Part shown: positions 1-10,333 of the stretch, one piece after another
Layout of the letters: every line of letters starts with the position of its first letter
Numbering within the stretch: position 1 is the stretch's first letter
Virus record (IMG/VR): IMGVR_UViG_3300017971_000190
Coordinates: 157,680-221,679 of that record
Direction: 5' to 3' (one strand)
DNA: 64,000 nucleotides
Notes under the pieces: model-generated
Told to the model about the DNA's origin: nothing
The model's database searches: none
The model's input: the letters and a program-made list of their open reading frames with translations, nothing else
Translations under genes and position numbers: made by a program

Positions 1-2
1 AC

Positions 3-278
3 ATTTTTATATAAGAGATTATTGTCAAGAATTACAATAAAATCATCTGTTGTATCTAGCAAAATTTCTAGTACATGATTTGGGTTGTGTGTAACCAATC
101 TGTAGCCCACTTGAACATCCCGAGAAAAACCGATCTCTCCCATTAGATGAGGATGTACATAATCATACACGGGTTCAGGTTCAAATACTCTAGTTTCGTC
201 AAAAGCATATCGTTCTTCAATGTCAATTAAGACATCAGTGATAAAATCATCAATAGTATTTAGTTGTTGTTTATTCAT
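3..278 (-). CDS. hypothetical protein, partial (runs off the left edge)
   Basis: Manual translation: ATG at 278 overlaps the stop of the previous gene; open to the window edge (MNKQQLNTIDDFITDVLIDIEERYAF...). Confidence 0.7.
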   Translation of the reverse strand, partial: MNKQQLNTIDDFITDVLIDIEERYAFDETRVFEPEPVYDYVHPHLMGEIGFSRDVQVGYRLVTHNPNHVLEILLDTTDDFIVILDNNLLYKN

Positions 279-570
279 AATCTTTATTCTCCTCTCGGAC
301 AAATCGAAGACCATCTTTGTTAAGTCTGTACCACACGTCATTTCCATACAAGATTTTGTTACCTTTACGTAACATACGAGTACCACATAAAAGGCGTCTA
401 CCAAGATTGGTTTTTGTGCTATCTGTATAATAGCTACGTGTAGATAAATCCGTCATATTTAGAATACCATGATCTTCTACCCGGATTGTGTGGTAAGTCT
501 GGTATTTACCTTTATAAATAGACCAAAGCTGTGTCGTCTCTACTTTACTATGTAATCTTTTAGAGTCCAT
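271..570 (-). CDS. hypothetical protein
   Basis: 99-aa ORF tightly packed in the minus-strand gene array, with an SD-like site upstream. Confidence 0.7.
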   Translation of the reverse strand: MDSKRLHSKVETTQLWSIYKGKYQTYHTIRVEDHGILNMTDLSTRSYYTDSTKTNLGRRLLCGTRMLRKGNKILYGNDVWYRLNKDGLRFVREENKDYE

Positions 571-579
571 AATATTTCC

Positions 580-1464
580 CTATTCTAAAAATCCAGCTCT
601 GCTCCACTGGTCAATCATTTTCTTCACAGCTTCAGTAGCACTATTTCCTTCTGTATAGTCAGCAACACCGTAGGCTCCATCGTAAGGTTTACCTTCCATT
701 TCACTCAGGTAGGCTTTGTATTCGAAAAAGTCGGGTAGTCCACCGCCTTCTTCACTTTCGGGATCGTCATAGAATCCTGTTTGGTAAATATCTATGGTAG
801 CTACTGGTGCATCTGCTCTACCAACATCGTGCCAACGTGGTTCTTGAGCAGAAACCTTTAATCTATTAGCTGGAACCGGTGTGTCAATTACTGCAATGTC
901 AGCGTACTCTAACTGTCTTAGAGCTTCTTGAAGAGGTTTTCCTTTTAGGAGCTGGGAAAGTGATTTAACTCCTTCTTCACCGAAACCAGCATGGTACTCT
1001 AAATCTGTACCCCAATCTTCTTGAACTACTTCTGCCAATTCATCCAGTACACGGTCTTTAGAATGATGTTCCAAAGGAGTAATATAAAGCTGAGTAGGTT
1101 CTTCTAAGTAGTTTACCCAAATATAAGCTACTTCATCTTCAGAAGTAATGGCTACTTTTTTACGTCGCCTTACACTAGCTGTGGCTTCTAATCCTACAAC
1201 ACCAGCCATGGTATCATTCAATTCTAAAAACGAATCTAGAATTTTGTCTTCAACAACTCCGTCTAGTTTATGGAGGATTTTGTTGCTCTGATCGAACTGC
1301 TTACCCATGGTTGCTTTGTAAGCATCTGTGAGCGTTTTAACGATTTTGCCGCTTGCAGTTTCAAACTGCTGTAGCAGCTGTTGCAGCTGGGCTTCTCGGC
1401 GTTGGCTTGCTAAGTGCCTGCGATTTTTCATTTTCCTGATTGTCCCTTCAATTGCGATAGCCAT
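580..1464 (-). CDS. modular acidic protein with Arg-run/Ala motifs (putative internal head protein)
   Basis: 294 aa; motifs KNRRHLA and SVRRRKKVA precede acidic domains. Confidence 0.6.
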   Translation of the reverse strand: MAIAIEGTIRKMKNRRHLASQRREAQLQQLLQQFETASGKIVKTLTDAYKATMGKQFDQSNKILHKLDGVVEDKILDSFLELNDTMAGVVGLEATASVRRRKKVAITSEDEVAYIWVNYLEEPTQLYITPLEHHSKDRVLDELAEVVQEDWGTDLEYHAGFGEEGVKSLSQLLKGKPLQEALRQLEYADIAVIDTPVPANRLKVSAQEPRWHDVGRADAPVATIDIYQTGFYDDPESEEGGGLPDFFEYKAYLSEMEGKPYDGAYGVADYTEGNSATEAVKKMIDQWSRAGFLE

Positions 1465-1465
1465 G

Positions 1466-1720
1466 TTAGTCTATCCAATGTCTAGTGTTTGTTACACGCC
1501 TTACTACCTCATCATAGAGATAATCGTCATCGTTTTTAGATAAATCATTTTCTGTAATACCAAACTTGGCTAGTAGTGCATAGTATTTATCTTGAGCGCT
1601 TGGAGTGTCCATTATTTGAGCCAGCAAAATAGATAGTCCTTGCCTGAATCCTAAATTGTTAAATAAGTTCTCTACAACGTCAGCTATATTTGGTCCTAGT
1701 GCTTGTCTTCGTTTTCTCAT
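1466..1720 (-). CDS. small protein with Arg leader (MRKRRQA)
   Basis: 84 aa; basic leader ends in Ala. Confidence 0.65.
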   Translation of the reverse strand: MRKRRQALGPNIADVVENLFNNLGFRQGLSILLAQIMDTPSAQDKYYALLAKFGITENDLSKNDDDYLYDEVVRRVTNTRHWID

Positions 1721-1725
1721 TTGTT

Positions 1726-2181
1726 TTAGCCTTGTGAATTATTTGTTATTTCAATGTAGTAGGCTTCAGCTCCGCTACTTTTGTTACTGGACCTAAAACG
1801 TTGTAGAAAAGTCAAAACCTCGTGAATGGCCATTACTTTGTTAGCTCCAGAAGGGTAAGGTTGTGATCCGTCTCTAGACCAAAGCCAACCCAAACCCTCT
1901 TTTTTGCTTCCTATTTTAATGTACCACAGCTCTCCAGCTGCAGCAGCTTCCTCAGCCTTTACCAATTTTTCAGGGTCAATATCACCTTTTATTTCTTTGG
2001 GAATTTGTTTAATAGTTTTTGTAAATCCAGCTTCTCGGCCAGGAAGGTTTTCTCCTGTTTTGCTGCGGAGCAAAGCAAACACATGAAAAAGAATTCCGTC
2101 CCAACGGAAAAAACGATCATCGTAGACTACACTCTGGGCAGTCTTTTTAATGTAAGTTTTGCTACCTACTTTGATTTTCAT
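1726..2181 (-). CDS. hypothetical protein with KKTA leader motif
   Basis: 151 aa; N-terminus MKIKVGSKTYIKKTAQ. Confidence 0.65.
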   Translation of the reverse strand: MKIKVGSKTYIKKTAQSVVYDDRFFRWDGILFHVFALLRSKTGENLPGREAGFTKTIKQIPKEIKGDIDPEKLVKAEEAAAAGELWYIKIGSKKEGLGWLWSRDGSQPYPSGANKVMAIHEVLTFLQRFRSSNKSSGAEAYYIEITNNSQG

Positions 2182-2182
2182 T

Positions 2183-3016
2183 TTATCCTCCCATGACGTC
2201 TAGTTCAACTTCAAAAATAACTGTTTCATCTGCTGCGTGTACTTCAGCACTGTAGGGATAGTCACTTTCTTCTGCCCACTCCATGTTTAGACGACGAGGT
2301 GGATCCATATCAAGGTCATAAACAAAATACTCATTCACAAATCGTTTGATTTTAGGTTTAAGTGTTTGCAGTAGTTCTCTACTGTTCACCACAGCAGAAA
2401 GTAATTGGTGTTTTGAAGCATTGCTTAGATAACGGAAAAGCACTCGTCTTTGTTTACCAGCTAAACTAGCCAAACTTTGTCCACTTACTGCGAATCTAAC
2501 AGTAACAAGAGATATGAAGTCATTGTCTTCTGGTTCTTGGCCACTTGCAAATTCTATACCTTTTAGCTCTACATCGGAAGGATTTAAAACAGCAAACCTA
2601 TGGCGTCTCCTTAGCATGCTTGCAGCCTTTGGCCTTTCTACCACTGTTTCTGTGGTATCCTTTTTCAATTTTGTTTCTTGCTCGCCCCACCACTGAACAG
2701 CCAATTGCCACACTTTTTGCTCTAACAGACTTTGAAGAATGCTAAAAAGGTCAAGATAGTTCAACTCCTTAATAGGAGCAGTACCTAGTTTTTCGTTGTA
2801 GAAAAGAAGTTCGATTAATTCATTACCTGTTAGGTCATCTAAAGATGGTTTTGTTTTGAAAGCTGTGTTGGCATCTTTACCACTATCAACTTCTTTTTGC
2901 ACCTTTTTAAGATAATCGTCTACCAGCTTTTTTAAATCCGGACTGGGAGAGAAGGTTTGCGTACCTATTTCTCCTGGTTTAACTACTCTTGTGTATGCTT
3001 TTCTTTTTGGTCTCAT
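2183..3016 (-). CDS. two-module protein with basic leaders (MRPKRKA; internal MLRRRHRFA)
   Basis: 277 aa; internal ATG at 2617 starts an ML-Arg-run leader. Confidence 0.65.
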   Translation of the reverse strand: MRPKRKAYTRVVKPGEIGTQTFSPSPDLKKLVDDYLKKVQKEVDSGKDANTAFKTKPSLDDLTGNELIELLFYNEKLGTAPIKELNYLDLFSILQSLLEQKVWQLAVQWWGEQETKLKKDTTETVVERPKAASMLRRRHRFAVLNPSDVELKGIEFASGQEPEDNDFISLVTVRFAVSGQSLASLAGKQRRVLFRYLSNASKHQLLSAVVNSRELLQTLKPKIKRFVNEYFVYDLDMDPPRRLNMEWAEESDYPYSAEVHAADETVIFEVELDVMGG

Positions 3017-3028
3017 GCTTAATTCCTT

Positions 3029-3265
3029 TTAATAACTAGGAACAATGTGCATATACAACTCTGGAGGAAGCAGGTGTTCTAAATCCATGGGGTTACCTAC
3101 AAAACAAAACTGGCTTACTTCTACCCTTTGTTCTTTACCATTTTTAACTGTACTACCTACCAGGGTTTCAGTATTAAACCAAACAATATTTTCAACCCTC
3201 TCTCCATTTTTATCTAACACACGAAGAGTTTTCTTTAGTCTAATGTTATTGTTATCAATTATCAT
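3029..3265 (-). CDS. hypothetical protein, paralog of 3273..3536
   Basis: Aligns by eye with its neighbour (NGKEQRVEVSQFCFVG...LEHLLP vs NGSERRVQITKFLFLG...LELFLP). Confidence 0.7.
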   Translation of the reverse strand: MIIDNNNIRLKKTLRVLDKNGERVENIVWFNTETLVGSTVKNGKEQRVEVSQFCFVGNPMDLEHLLPPELYMHIVPSY

Positions 3266-3272
3266 AATTAAC

Positions 3273-3536
3273 TTACTCCAAATTTTCCACTCTGTAGTCT
3301 CTCAAACTATCAGGAAGAAACAACTCTAGGCTTTTATCTCCAAGAAAGAGAAATTTGGTAATTTGAACTCTCCGTTCACTTCCATTTTCTTCCATGACGT
3401 AAGCCAACATTTGAAGTGTATCAAAACAAATAAGATAGTCTGTAATAGGTAAACCTTTTTCATTCCACAAACAAAGAGAAGCCAAAAGCTCTGGTGTAAC
3501 TTTACTAATTAACAAAATAGACTCATAGGGTAGCAA
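3273..3536 (-). CDS. hypothetical protein, paralog of 3029..3265
   Basis: See neighbour; short overlap with the upstream gene. Confidence 0.7.
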   Translation of the reverse strand: MLPYESILLISKVTPELLASLCLWNEKGLPITDYLICFDTLQMLAYVMEENGSERRVQITKFLFLGDKSLELFLPDSLRDYRVENLE

Positions 3537-4998
3537 GCATTTTTAAAACTTCTACAGCATCTTCTATTTTTTCGTCCGCTTCTCTAAACATGGTTAAAAG
3601 CTCCTCTAATTGAGGACCCTCAAATTTTTTACTATTGCCGTAGGCCATGCGCAAAAGTACAGGGAGTCTATCTAAAATAGGAGTAAGACCACCAACTATA
3701 CTACGAATGTCATCTTCGACATCTTCATACTCATATCGTACAGCAACTTTTCTTCTACGTCGTCTCAACATTGCTTTTCTCCTGTTCGCTACCAAAGGTT
3801 CGTACTTTTTGTTTTCTTCTACCGCTTGAGCAGCAGCTTCAAAAGCTGGCCCTAAAACTGCATTTTCAATATCTTTAAGATAGTTGTAAATATTTTCTTC
3901 GTTTTCAGATCCGGGCGTTAATTTAAAAAGTATACCAGAAATTTCTCTGGAATAGTCATAATAATCTAAAGAACTAACGTCTCCTGTTCCACTTGTTTCA
4001 GCCCATGTTACAACTTGAGCAATTTCGTAAATCCAATTTTCTACAAGTTGATCAAACTGACTCCAGAGATATTCTCCCGCTTCACTGTCAACAAACCAAT
4101 CTTCATACTGGTTTAATTTGTTTTCTATAAAGGGAGTAATGGCCTCAACTACGGCCTCCTCTACTTGAGGATCGTTGTCGTAAAACTCTGCTCTCCTCTT
4201 AACACTGGCTGCTTTCTGTTCTGCTTGCTCATCTTCTTCAGCACTGTACTGCAAAACTTGGGCGGCAAATTTTTCTAGCTCTTTAAGTACTTTGGAGGTT
4301 GTCTGCTTAGCAGCTGTACCTGCTGTTTTGAATAGCTCTGCTTTTAGTTTACTAGCTTCGTCTGTGGGATCTACTTTTTTAAGCTTCTTTTTACTTTTCT
4401 TGCTTAAACCATGTTCCCAAATAGATTTAGCCAGAGCACCAGTTACCTTACCCAATTTTCTTTCAACGGTAGTTTTCTGACTTCCCCACGTATCAGGATC
4501 TACACTTTCTAGCACACCTTTAAGAGCAGTAAAATAAGCAATACGGTCAATAATATCATAAGCGTGGGTTCTATCTAAAATCTCTTCTGTAGATTCTCCG
4601 GTAGTAACGCTTATCCATTTATCTACAACTTCAACAGCAGCATTGTAGACAAAATCAAAAGAGCCCATGAGGAGTTTGGATCCAGCTTTTACTGCTTGAT
4701 CTACATATTCTTTTTGAGCCCCAGCTTCCTGACCTTTCATGAAGCTTTTTAAAAGGTCTGTTACTGTTTCTCCAAATAGATTTTTCCCTTTGTGCTTTTT
4801 GAATTCTTCTATTTTAGAGGGGTTAATAGCTGCTTGAACAATAAAATAAGCAAGTCTTTTATTTACTAAAGCTTTAAAAGCAGGGGATAATTTTTTAGGA
4901 GAAGCAATTGCAGCTCGGCAAACTTTACCAAGCTCGAAAAAATGAGAGGGATTTTCTAAAAATGGTAAAAAATCCCGAACTGCTATATTGATAGACAT
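3523..4998 (-). CDS. modular putative internal head protein with an SD-equipped internal start at 3771
   Basis: 491 aa; motifs SVKRRA and MLRRRRRKVA; AGGAG lies 7 nt before the internal ATG. Confidence 0.65.
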   Translation of the reverse strand: MSINIAVRDFLPFLENPSHFFELGKVCRAAIASPKKLSPAFKALVNKRLAYFIVQAAINPSKIEEFKKHKGKNLFGETVTDLLKSFMKGQEAGAQKEYVDQAVKAGSKLLMGSFDFVYNAAVEVVDKWISVTTGESTEEILDRTHAYDIIDRIAYFTALKGVLESVDPDTWGSQKTTVERKLGKVTGALAKSIWEHGLSKKSKKKLKKVDPTDEASKLKAELFKTAGTAAKQTTSKVLKELEKFAAQVLQYSAEEDEQAEQKAASVKRRAEFYDNDPQVEEAVVEAITPFIENKLNQYEDWFVDSEAGEYLWSQFDQLVENWIYEIAQVVTWAETSGTGDVSSLDYYDYSREISGILFKLTPGSENEENIYNYLKDIENAVLGPAFEAAAQAVEENKKYEPLVANRRKAMLRRRRRKVAVRYEYEDVEDDIRSIVGGLTPILDRLPVLLRMAYGNSKKFEGPQLEELLTMFREADEKIEDAVEVLKMLATL

Positions 4999-5014
4999 GA
5001 ATCTTTAATCCTTC

Positions 5015-5269
5015 CTATGCTGAGGGAAAAGCGGCTTGAACCAGACGAAAAGCTTTTTGGGCATCTACGGTATCAGGTACGTTTAACATGGTAAATGTAA
5101 TTTGGGTGTCACCAGTTTTTTTAATATTAATAGATGGAACCCCATTAAACATTCTAGTTTCAAATCCGTTTTCCGTTTCTAAATCAATACTGTATTTAGT
5201 ACACACAGCTTCTAAAGCTACCATTTGAGCTTCTTCTAAATCTACTACCTTGGTTACTTCTGCTGTCAT
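5015..5269 (-). CDS. hypothetical protein
   Basis: 84-aa ORF with SD (AAGG) upstream. Confidence 0.7.
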   Translation of the reverse strand: MTAEVTKVVDLEEAQMVALEAVCTKYSIDLETENGFETRMFNGVPSINIKKTGDTQITFTMLNVPDTVDAQKAFRLVQAAFPSA

Positions 5270-5283
5270 GATTTTTAACCTTT

Positions 5284-7302
5284 CTATTTTCTGCGGTGTT
5301 TACGTGGTCTATGACGCCATTTTTTACCCTCTACACGATCTGCCAAACTAGCACAGAATGCCCCCGGATCTGTAATCTCTGGATCACCTTGTAGTTCTTC
5401 AACACAAGAACTAACGCTACCACCCATACTATTCCAGTAGCTCTCTAAACTATCTTTGTCCCACCCCTCAGGTAAACTTTCCCACTTTCTACCCGTTCTA
5501 TGAGGACGACCACGACCACAACAAGAAGTGCGATGACGATGATGGCTTTGGGAAAACGTAGCTGATACTAAATTCATGTTACTGCAATAAAAAGCTAAAC
5601 GGTTTGCTTCGGTGTCGTTTTTGGGGGCTAAATCATTAAATTCGTCACCGCTTTCATTTTCTGCGTGCCACCCTGAATTGTCTTTGTAAATTAAAACCCA
5701 CATATCTTCTTCAATATTAGACAGTCTACGATCATAAAAATCATAAAGACAAGACAATGGCACATCAAATTCTGAATAATCTGAAAATGAATCAGCTTTT
5801 CTGTGACGTTTTCTAGCAATACGCTTTGCGTAAGCTTCTCGTTCAGCATCATATTCGGAGACGTAGTCTTTGACTACACTCCAAATGGCGTCACTTTCTT
5901 TTTTATTGTAGTGAAGGGTGGTATCACCAAGGTGTTCTACTACTGCTTTGACAATAGTATCAACTTCATGCCCCAGCTCAGCTCCGCGTTCAATTATGCG
6001 AGCTACGTGAGGATCTCTTTTCCAATTAATCATTTGTGAAGCTGTAGATGCATATCTATAGTCAATTTCTTCAAGTGTGGCATCAATATCTTTGAAGTAA
6101 AGAGTAGGGTAATAATGATTCTCATTGGCCCATTCTTTTATGAACTCAATAGCTTCATCCTGGTTATTAAATACACCAATTAATTCGTCATCAATTTCAA
6201 GTTGCACTTCAGAACCAAATTCATCGGTGTAACGAAGAAAAGCATCACCTCTACCAGCAAGTCTACGTCGTCTTCGTCTAAAGTTACCCTTACGGTCTTT
6301 TTTCCTACTAATCATAATTTTGCCCTTTTCGCTTTTAGTTAAAGCAGTTGTTTCCTTTTTGTCGTATTCTTTTCGGTAAACCCTTTTACCGTAAACGTTA
6401 TCCACGTACCAATCTTTAACACCATACTGCTTAGCCCACTTCTTTAACTCAGAGACACTTATAAATTCCAACTCTTTTTTCTGTTTAGCTTTATCTTTTG
6501 GTACATCATCACCGTACTTATCTTTTTTAGCCAATCCACCAGCCACTTCAGCTTTGCTAGGATTACCAGGAACTAATAAGTATTGTTGGCGTCTACGGTG
6601 CCAGTACACTTTCCCGGTTTTAACCTCTTCTGGATCTCCCCACCGCTCCAACTCTTTAATAAGAGGTTTTTCTCCAGAGAACCAATGTATTCCTTTAATT
6701 TCAGTTGCTACTCTACGACGACCCATTGTATTAAAATTCCCTTTATGAGTTTTGAAATTACTACCGGAATTAAAAGGATCTATGCGGTCAATTTCCAAAT
6801 AAATTTCAAAAAGGTCGGGTTCAAGTACGTGACCAGCACTATTTACTAACCATATTTTAGACACTTCAGGATAGTCACCGTCTCTATTTAAAGCTGGTTT
6901 AGGTAAACCATCCCAGTAAACTGTTGCGCTCAATTCTTCTTCTGACAATTCAGTTAACAGGTCTTCAGCATTCCAATCTAAGCCTGTTTGGTCTTCAACT
7001 GTATAAGAAGGATCTATTACTTGTTCCAGCACTTCTCTTAGAGTTGTGGGGTTTGTTTGCGCTTGTTTTAAAATCATGTTTTCAGCTTTCCTGGCTAACT
7101 CTACACAGACACCGTCATTTACACCGTTTTGTTGTCGAATTAAACTGTGAAGCTTATCTAAATCTTCACGATAAGGGTAACGGTACATAAGCTGTTCAAT
7201 GTAAATTTCCGCACCTTGACAATCCACAACAGAATTAGAGTTAGGATACCAGGTTACCCGAGGAGTAAACGGATAAACAGGACCAGTGTAAGCTTTTTTC
7301 AT
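5284..7302 (-). CDS. multi-module putative head protein (at least 3 Arg-run/Ala junctions; C-terminal C..DPGAFC motif)
   Basis: 672 aa; MGRRRVA, FRRRRRRLA, RKRHRKA; the C-terminal SCVEEL..ITDPGAFCASL motif resembles ones I recall from phage head-associated proteins. Confidence 0.6.
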   Translation of the reverse strand: MKKAYTGPVYPFTPRVTWYPNSNSVVDCQGAEIYIEQLMYRYPYREDLDKLHSLIRQQNGVNDGVCVELARKAENMILKQAQTNPTTLREVLEQVIDPSYTVEDQTGLDWNAEDLLTELSEEELSATVYWDGLPKPALNRDGDYPEVSKIWLVNSAGHVLEPDLFEIYLEIDRIDPFNSGSNFKTHKGNFNTMGRRRVATEIKGIHWFSGEKPLIKELERWGDPEEVKTGKVYWHRRRQQYLLVPGNPSKAEVAGGLAKKDKYGDDVPKDKAKQKKELEFISVSELKKWAKQYGVKDWYVDNVYGKRVYRKEYDKKETTALTKSEKGKIMISRKKDRKGNFRRRRRRLAGRGDAFLRYTDEFGSEVQLEIDDELIGVFNNQDEAIEFIKEWANENHYYPTLYFKDIDATLEEIDYRYASTASQMINWKRDPHVARIIERGAELGHEVDTIVKAVVEHLGDTTLHYNKKESDAIWSVVKDYVSEYDAEREAYAKRIARKRHRKADSFSDYSEFDVPLSCLYDFYDRRLSNIEEDMWVLIYKDNSGWHAENESGDEFNDLAPKNDTEANRLAFYCSNMNLVSATFSQSHHRHRTSCCGRGRPHRTGRKWESLPEGWDKDSLESYWNSMGGSVSSCVEELQGDPEITDPGAFCASLADRVEGKKWRHRPRKHRRK

Positions 7303-7317
7303 GATGAAGGTTTTGTT

Positions 7318-7614
7318 TTAACTTTTTTGGGCAATTGATAAATCAGTTTTGGTTGTGTCTTTGGTGTTGTGGGTTTGACCGCCGTTACTTTTAATGAAAT
7401 CTTCGACAAGGTCCCAAGCTCTTTCTTCATCACCACTAAAAGTGGCAGGTAAAACTGCCAGTTCTAAGGTGAGCTGATTATCAGCCCACCAAAAATGGAA
7501 AACGACGTCGTGGAAAAGTAGTCTGCCTTCAACTTCATCTAGACCACTGGCGTTCTCTTCTTGCAAACGCTCGAAAAAGTGGTCTTTAATATTTAGGAAT
7601 GTTTTGCTTTCCAT
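7318..7614 (-). CDS. hypothetical protein
   Basis: 98-aa ORF in the packed array. Confidence 0.7.
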   Translation of the reverse strand: MESKTFLNIKDHFFERLQEENASGLDEVEGRLLFHDVVFHFWWADNQLTLELAVLPATFSGDEERAWDLVEDFIKSNGGQTHNTKDTTKTDLSIAQKS

Positions 7615-7619
7615 TTTAA

Positions 7620-8180
7620 TTAAACGCAGCTAGGGAGGACAGCTCCACAGCTAGGACAACTGGTGATTTCTGAATCCCGAGGCGCTGGATTTCCACAATA
7701 GCGACAATCACACTTAGTTTCCCGTTGCAGGTAAAAAGGAATATTTTCAGTGTTAATTATTAAACCAGCCTTGACATAATTTGGTTTTCCTCTAAACCTT
7801 ATCCGTCTAATAGTTTCTATTCTAGCTGTGGTGGGGTTTCCCTCAATAGCAATAGACAAATCACTACCAGGGCGAACTTTAATCGCTTTACTATTTAAAG
7901 TTTTTGCGGGAGCGTCGAGCCTCCGGAACCGGAACGGTGTTGAATATGAGATAGCTACTACCCTTCTACCATGCTCTAAAAGCTGTTCTTTACTTATGGA
8001 GGTGGAAACCACAATTGTGGAACTGTCAGCAGCTGCTGTTTTCTCTTTGCCTTTCTCCTTAATTAAAGAGAGGAGAGCAGCAGCATTTTTTCTAGACCAC
8101 TTGGTACCTGTTTCAGGCCACAACCTTAAGAGAGTGGGAAACAGCTTTCTGAAGTCTTTTGTGGTGAAGTGAAGGAGCAC
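7620..8180 (-). CDS. hypothetical protein with C-terminal double CxxC zinc ribbon
   Basis: CRYCG...CPSCG at the C-terminus; GTG start. Confidence 0.7.
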   Translation of the reverse strand: MLLHFTTKDFRKLFPTLLRLWPETGTKWSRKNAAALLSLIKEKGKEKTAAADSSTIVVSTSISKEQLLEHGRRVVAISYSTPFRFRRLDAPAKTLNSKAIKVRPGSDLSIAIEGNPTTARIETIRRIRFRGKPNYVKAGLIINTENIPFYLQRETKCDCRYCGNPAPRDSEITSCPSCGAVLPSCV

Positions 8181-8185
8181 GTGTT

Positions 8186-8467
8186 TTACCTTCTAAAACG
8201 TCTGCGTCGTCTAACCGAACCACCCCGTTGTCTAAACCGTTGTTCGTTAATAGCAGTTTTTAATTTTGCAGCAGCATCTTCCAACCACTCTTCTAAGGTC
8301 TCGGCTTCATTATCTGTTAAAAGATCTGGTCTAAGTCGAGCCTGGTATACAAACTCTGCAATGTCTTTTGCGTCTCTTTCAATGAGTTTGGCAAGTTGTC
8401 TAATGTGACGAAAGGCGAATTCTCTATCACTGAGGGCTAAATGTCGTCTTCTGCTTCTTCTTAACAT
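8186..8467 (-). CDS. small protein with ML-Arg leader (MLRRSRRRHLA)
   Basis: Start moved to ATG 8467, which removes the overlap with 8502..10331 and matches the leader family. Confidence 0.65.
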   Translation of the reverse strand: MLRRSRRRHLALSDREFAFRHIRQLAKLIERDAKDIAEFVYQARLRPDLLTDNEAETLEEWLEDAAAKLKTAINEQRFRQRGGSVRRRRRFRR

Positions 8468-8501
8468 TTTTAAGTCTCTCTCTCTTAAAGAGGTTGTTTT
8501 C

Positions 8502-10331
8502 TTACAGTCCGCGTTTGTACACATCTACACTATTTACTAATTCCCAAATTTTATCTGTTAATTCAAAAATAAAATTGGGTCCGGGATTTTCAATGTCCCC
8601 AGAATTAACACCTTCTTTAACCAAGTTTTTCATAATGGTCATAATATGTAAACTAGCATCCTCTCTAGCATCTAGGTAGCTTCGTGAAGGTTTGTAAGTT
8701 AAATCAGATTTTCTACGTCGTTTACTACTACGAGCAATAGATGGTCTGTGAGGAAAGTAAGACCTTATGAAATCTTGAACATCACTTCCCCCGTATACTA
8801 CGTCGCCTTTTACATCGGTAATGGATTCATCTGATCCTAGTTCACCATACAACCAAGATTCTAATTCTTCATCCTGCATCATTGTAGCAACATCTTTTTC
8901 TATGTTACCTGTTAAATTAACACCGGGAAGGATGTAAAGCGTACCATATTCGTCTTCTGTTACTTCTATTTGTGAAGGGTCAAAAGCGGCTTTTCTACGT
9001 CGTCTTAAACTAGAAGTTCTAATTGTGTCTTTAACCACTGGGTAACCGTATGGTAACTCCTGGTAAAATCTTCTACGTGGGGTTATTTTTTTCAGATACC
9101 TAACTATGCTTTCTTCTCTACGACTACTATAACCGTCTATGGCATAAATATTGTCACCTTTTTTAACAGCAATTACTGTACCACCCAAACCCATACTTTC
9201 TAGTTTTTCGCCGTCTGTCCATAAGGTTCCGACTCTACCACCGTCGTTAGGAACACCTTCAACAAAATCGTTTACCACTCTTTTATCAGCTGGTTTAAGT
9301 GCTGCTGTTCTAACTTTACTTTCCCTGACAACATACTCACTACGACTACTACACATAGTATATAACTCTGCGGCTTCAAGGTCGTTTAGTCTTGGAATAG
9401 TTTTTTGAATATCTCCTGTTGGGTCGTTACCATAATCAGTATTGGCGATCCATTTACCAGCTACGTGGAGCATATCTATAGGAAAGTTTTTAGTTACCCC
9501 AAATTGAGTTGGTTCCATTCGCAGAAAATCAAAGAGGCAAACAGCGCCTACTTCAAATTCAAGAGGAGCTACTCTGTCTGCACGACGTTCCTTGTGTAAT
9601 TTACCAACTGTAGTTCTACGTTTGCGTCCCATGATTTTGTTTCCTTTTCGTTGACTGGTAACTGGCATTTTAGGTGGTCTACCAGTAATGAGTGCTCTGG
9701 TGATGTCTGTTACTCTGTTAGGTCTTCTTACCTTCATGGCTGCTAAAGCGCTTTCTTTAACTAGTTCTTCGTTGTCGTAGGGATCAGCTGGGAAAGGGTG
9801 AGGTACGTCACCCTCTAATTGTGCCACCCAACTGGAGGCTTCGTCATCCCAGTAAACGGAAATAACATCGTCGTCCATGGAAAAACCTTTTTTGTCTTGT
9901 GGTCCGTACCTCAGCATGACGGTAGGAATTAACTCGTCTAGAGGTAACTCTTCACTGATAAGGTAATAGTCTTCGTGAGGGTAGTCTTCTTTTAATTTCT
10001 TAGTTAGTTTATTTCTGGCTTCTTCAACGCAACTTACAAAAGCGCTACCAAAAACACCGCGTTCACCACCAGAAAGACGATTATACTGTTCATCTAACCA
10101 ACGGTCTGGAGCAGAGAGAAAATCAGGTTCTTCTCCACTAATTATAGAGCGTATGAGATGCATCCCGTTCGCCAGCCCATGCATGTAGGGGTTGACGTTC
10201 CAAGTACCGGGGCTACACTGAATGGCGAGTAAATCGTCAATGCTGTCTAACAAGGCTTTGGTTTCGTAGGTAGTAGGTGGTTCTACTTTAACATGTGGAC
10301 GAGAAATAAAGTTGAAATCACCCCACGGCAT
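8502..10331 (-). CDS. multi-module putative internal head protein
   Basis: 609 aa; junctions MGRKRR..ERRA, SKVRTAA, SLRRRRKAA, KRRRKS; N-terminal PGTWNVNPYMHGLANG domain. Confidence 0.6.
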   Translation of the reverse strand: MPWGDFNFISRPHVKVEPPTTYETKALLDSIDDLLAIQCSPGTWNVNPYMHGLANGMHLIRSIISGEEPDFLSAPDRWLDEQYNRLSGGERGVFGSAFVSCVEEARNKLTKKLKEDYPHEDYYLISEELPLDELIPTVMLRYGPQDKKGFSMDDDVISVYWDDEASSWVAQLEGDVPHPFPADPYDNEELVKESALAAMKVRRPNRVTDITRALITGRPPKMPVTSQRKGNKIMGRKRRTTVGKLHKERRADRVAPLEFEVGAVCLFDFLRMEPTQFGVTKNFPIDMLHVAGKWIANTDYGNDPTGDIQKTIPRLNDLEAAELYTMCSSRSEYVVRESKVRTAALKPADKRVVNDFVEGVPNDGGRVGTLWTDGEKLESMGLGGTVIAVKKGDNIYAIDGYSSRREESIVRYLKKITPRRRFYQELPYGYPVVKDTIRTSSLRRRRKAAFDPSQIEVTEDEYGTLYILPGVNLTGNIEKDVATMMQDEELESWLYGELGSDESITDVKGDVVYGGSDVQDFIRSYFPHRPSIARSSKRRRKSDLTYKPSRSYLDAREDASLHIMTIMKNLVKEGVNSGDIENPGPNFIFELTDKIWELVNSVDVYKRGL

Positions 10332-10333
10332 TT

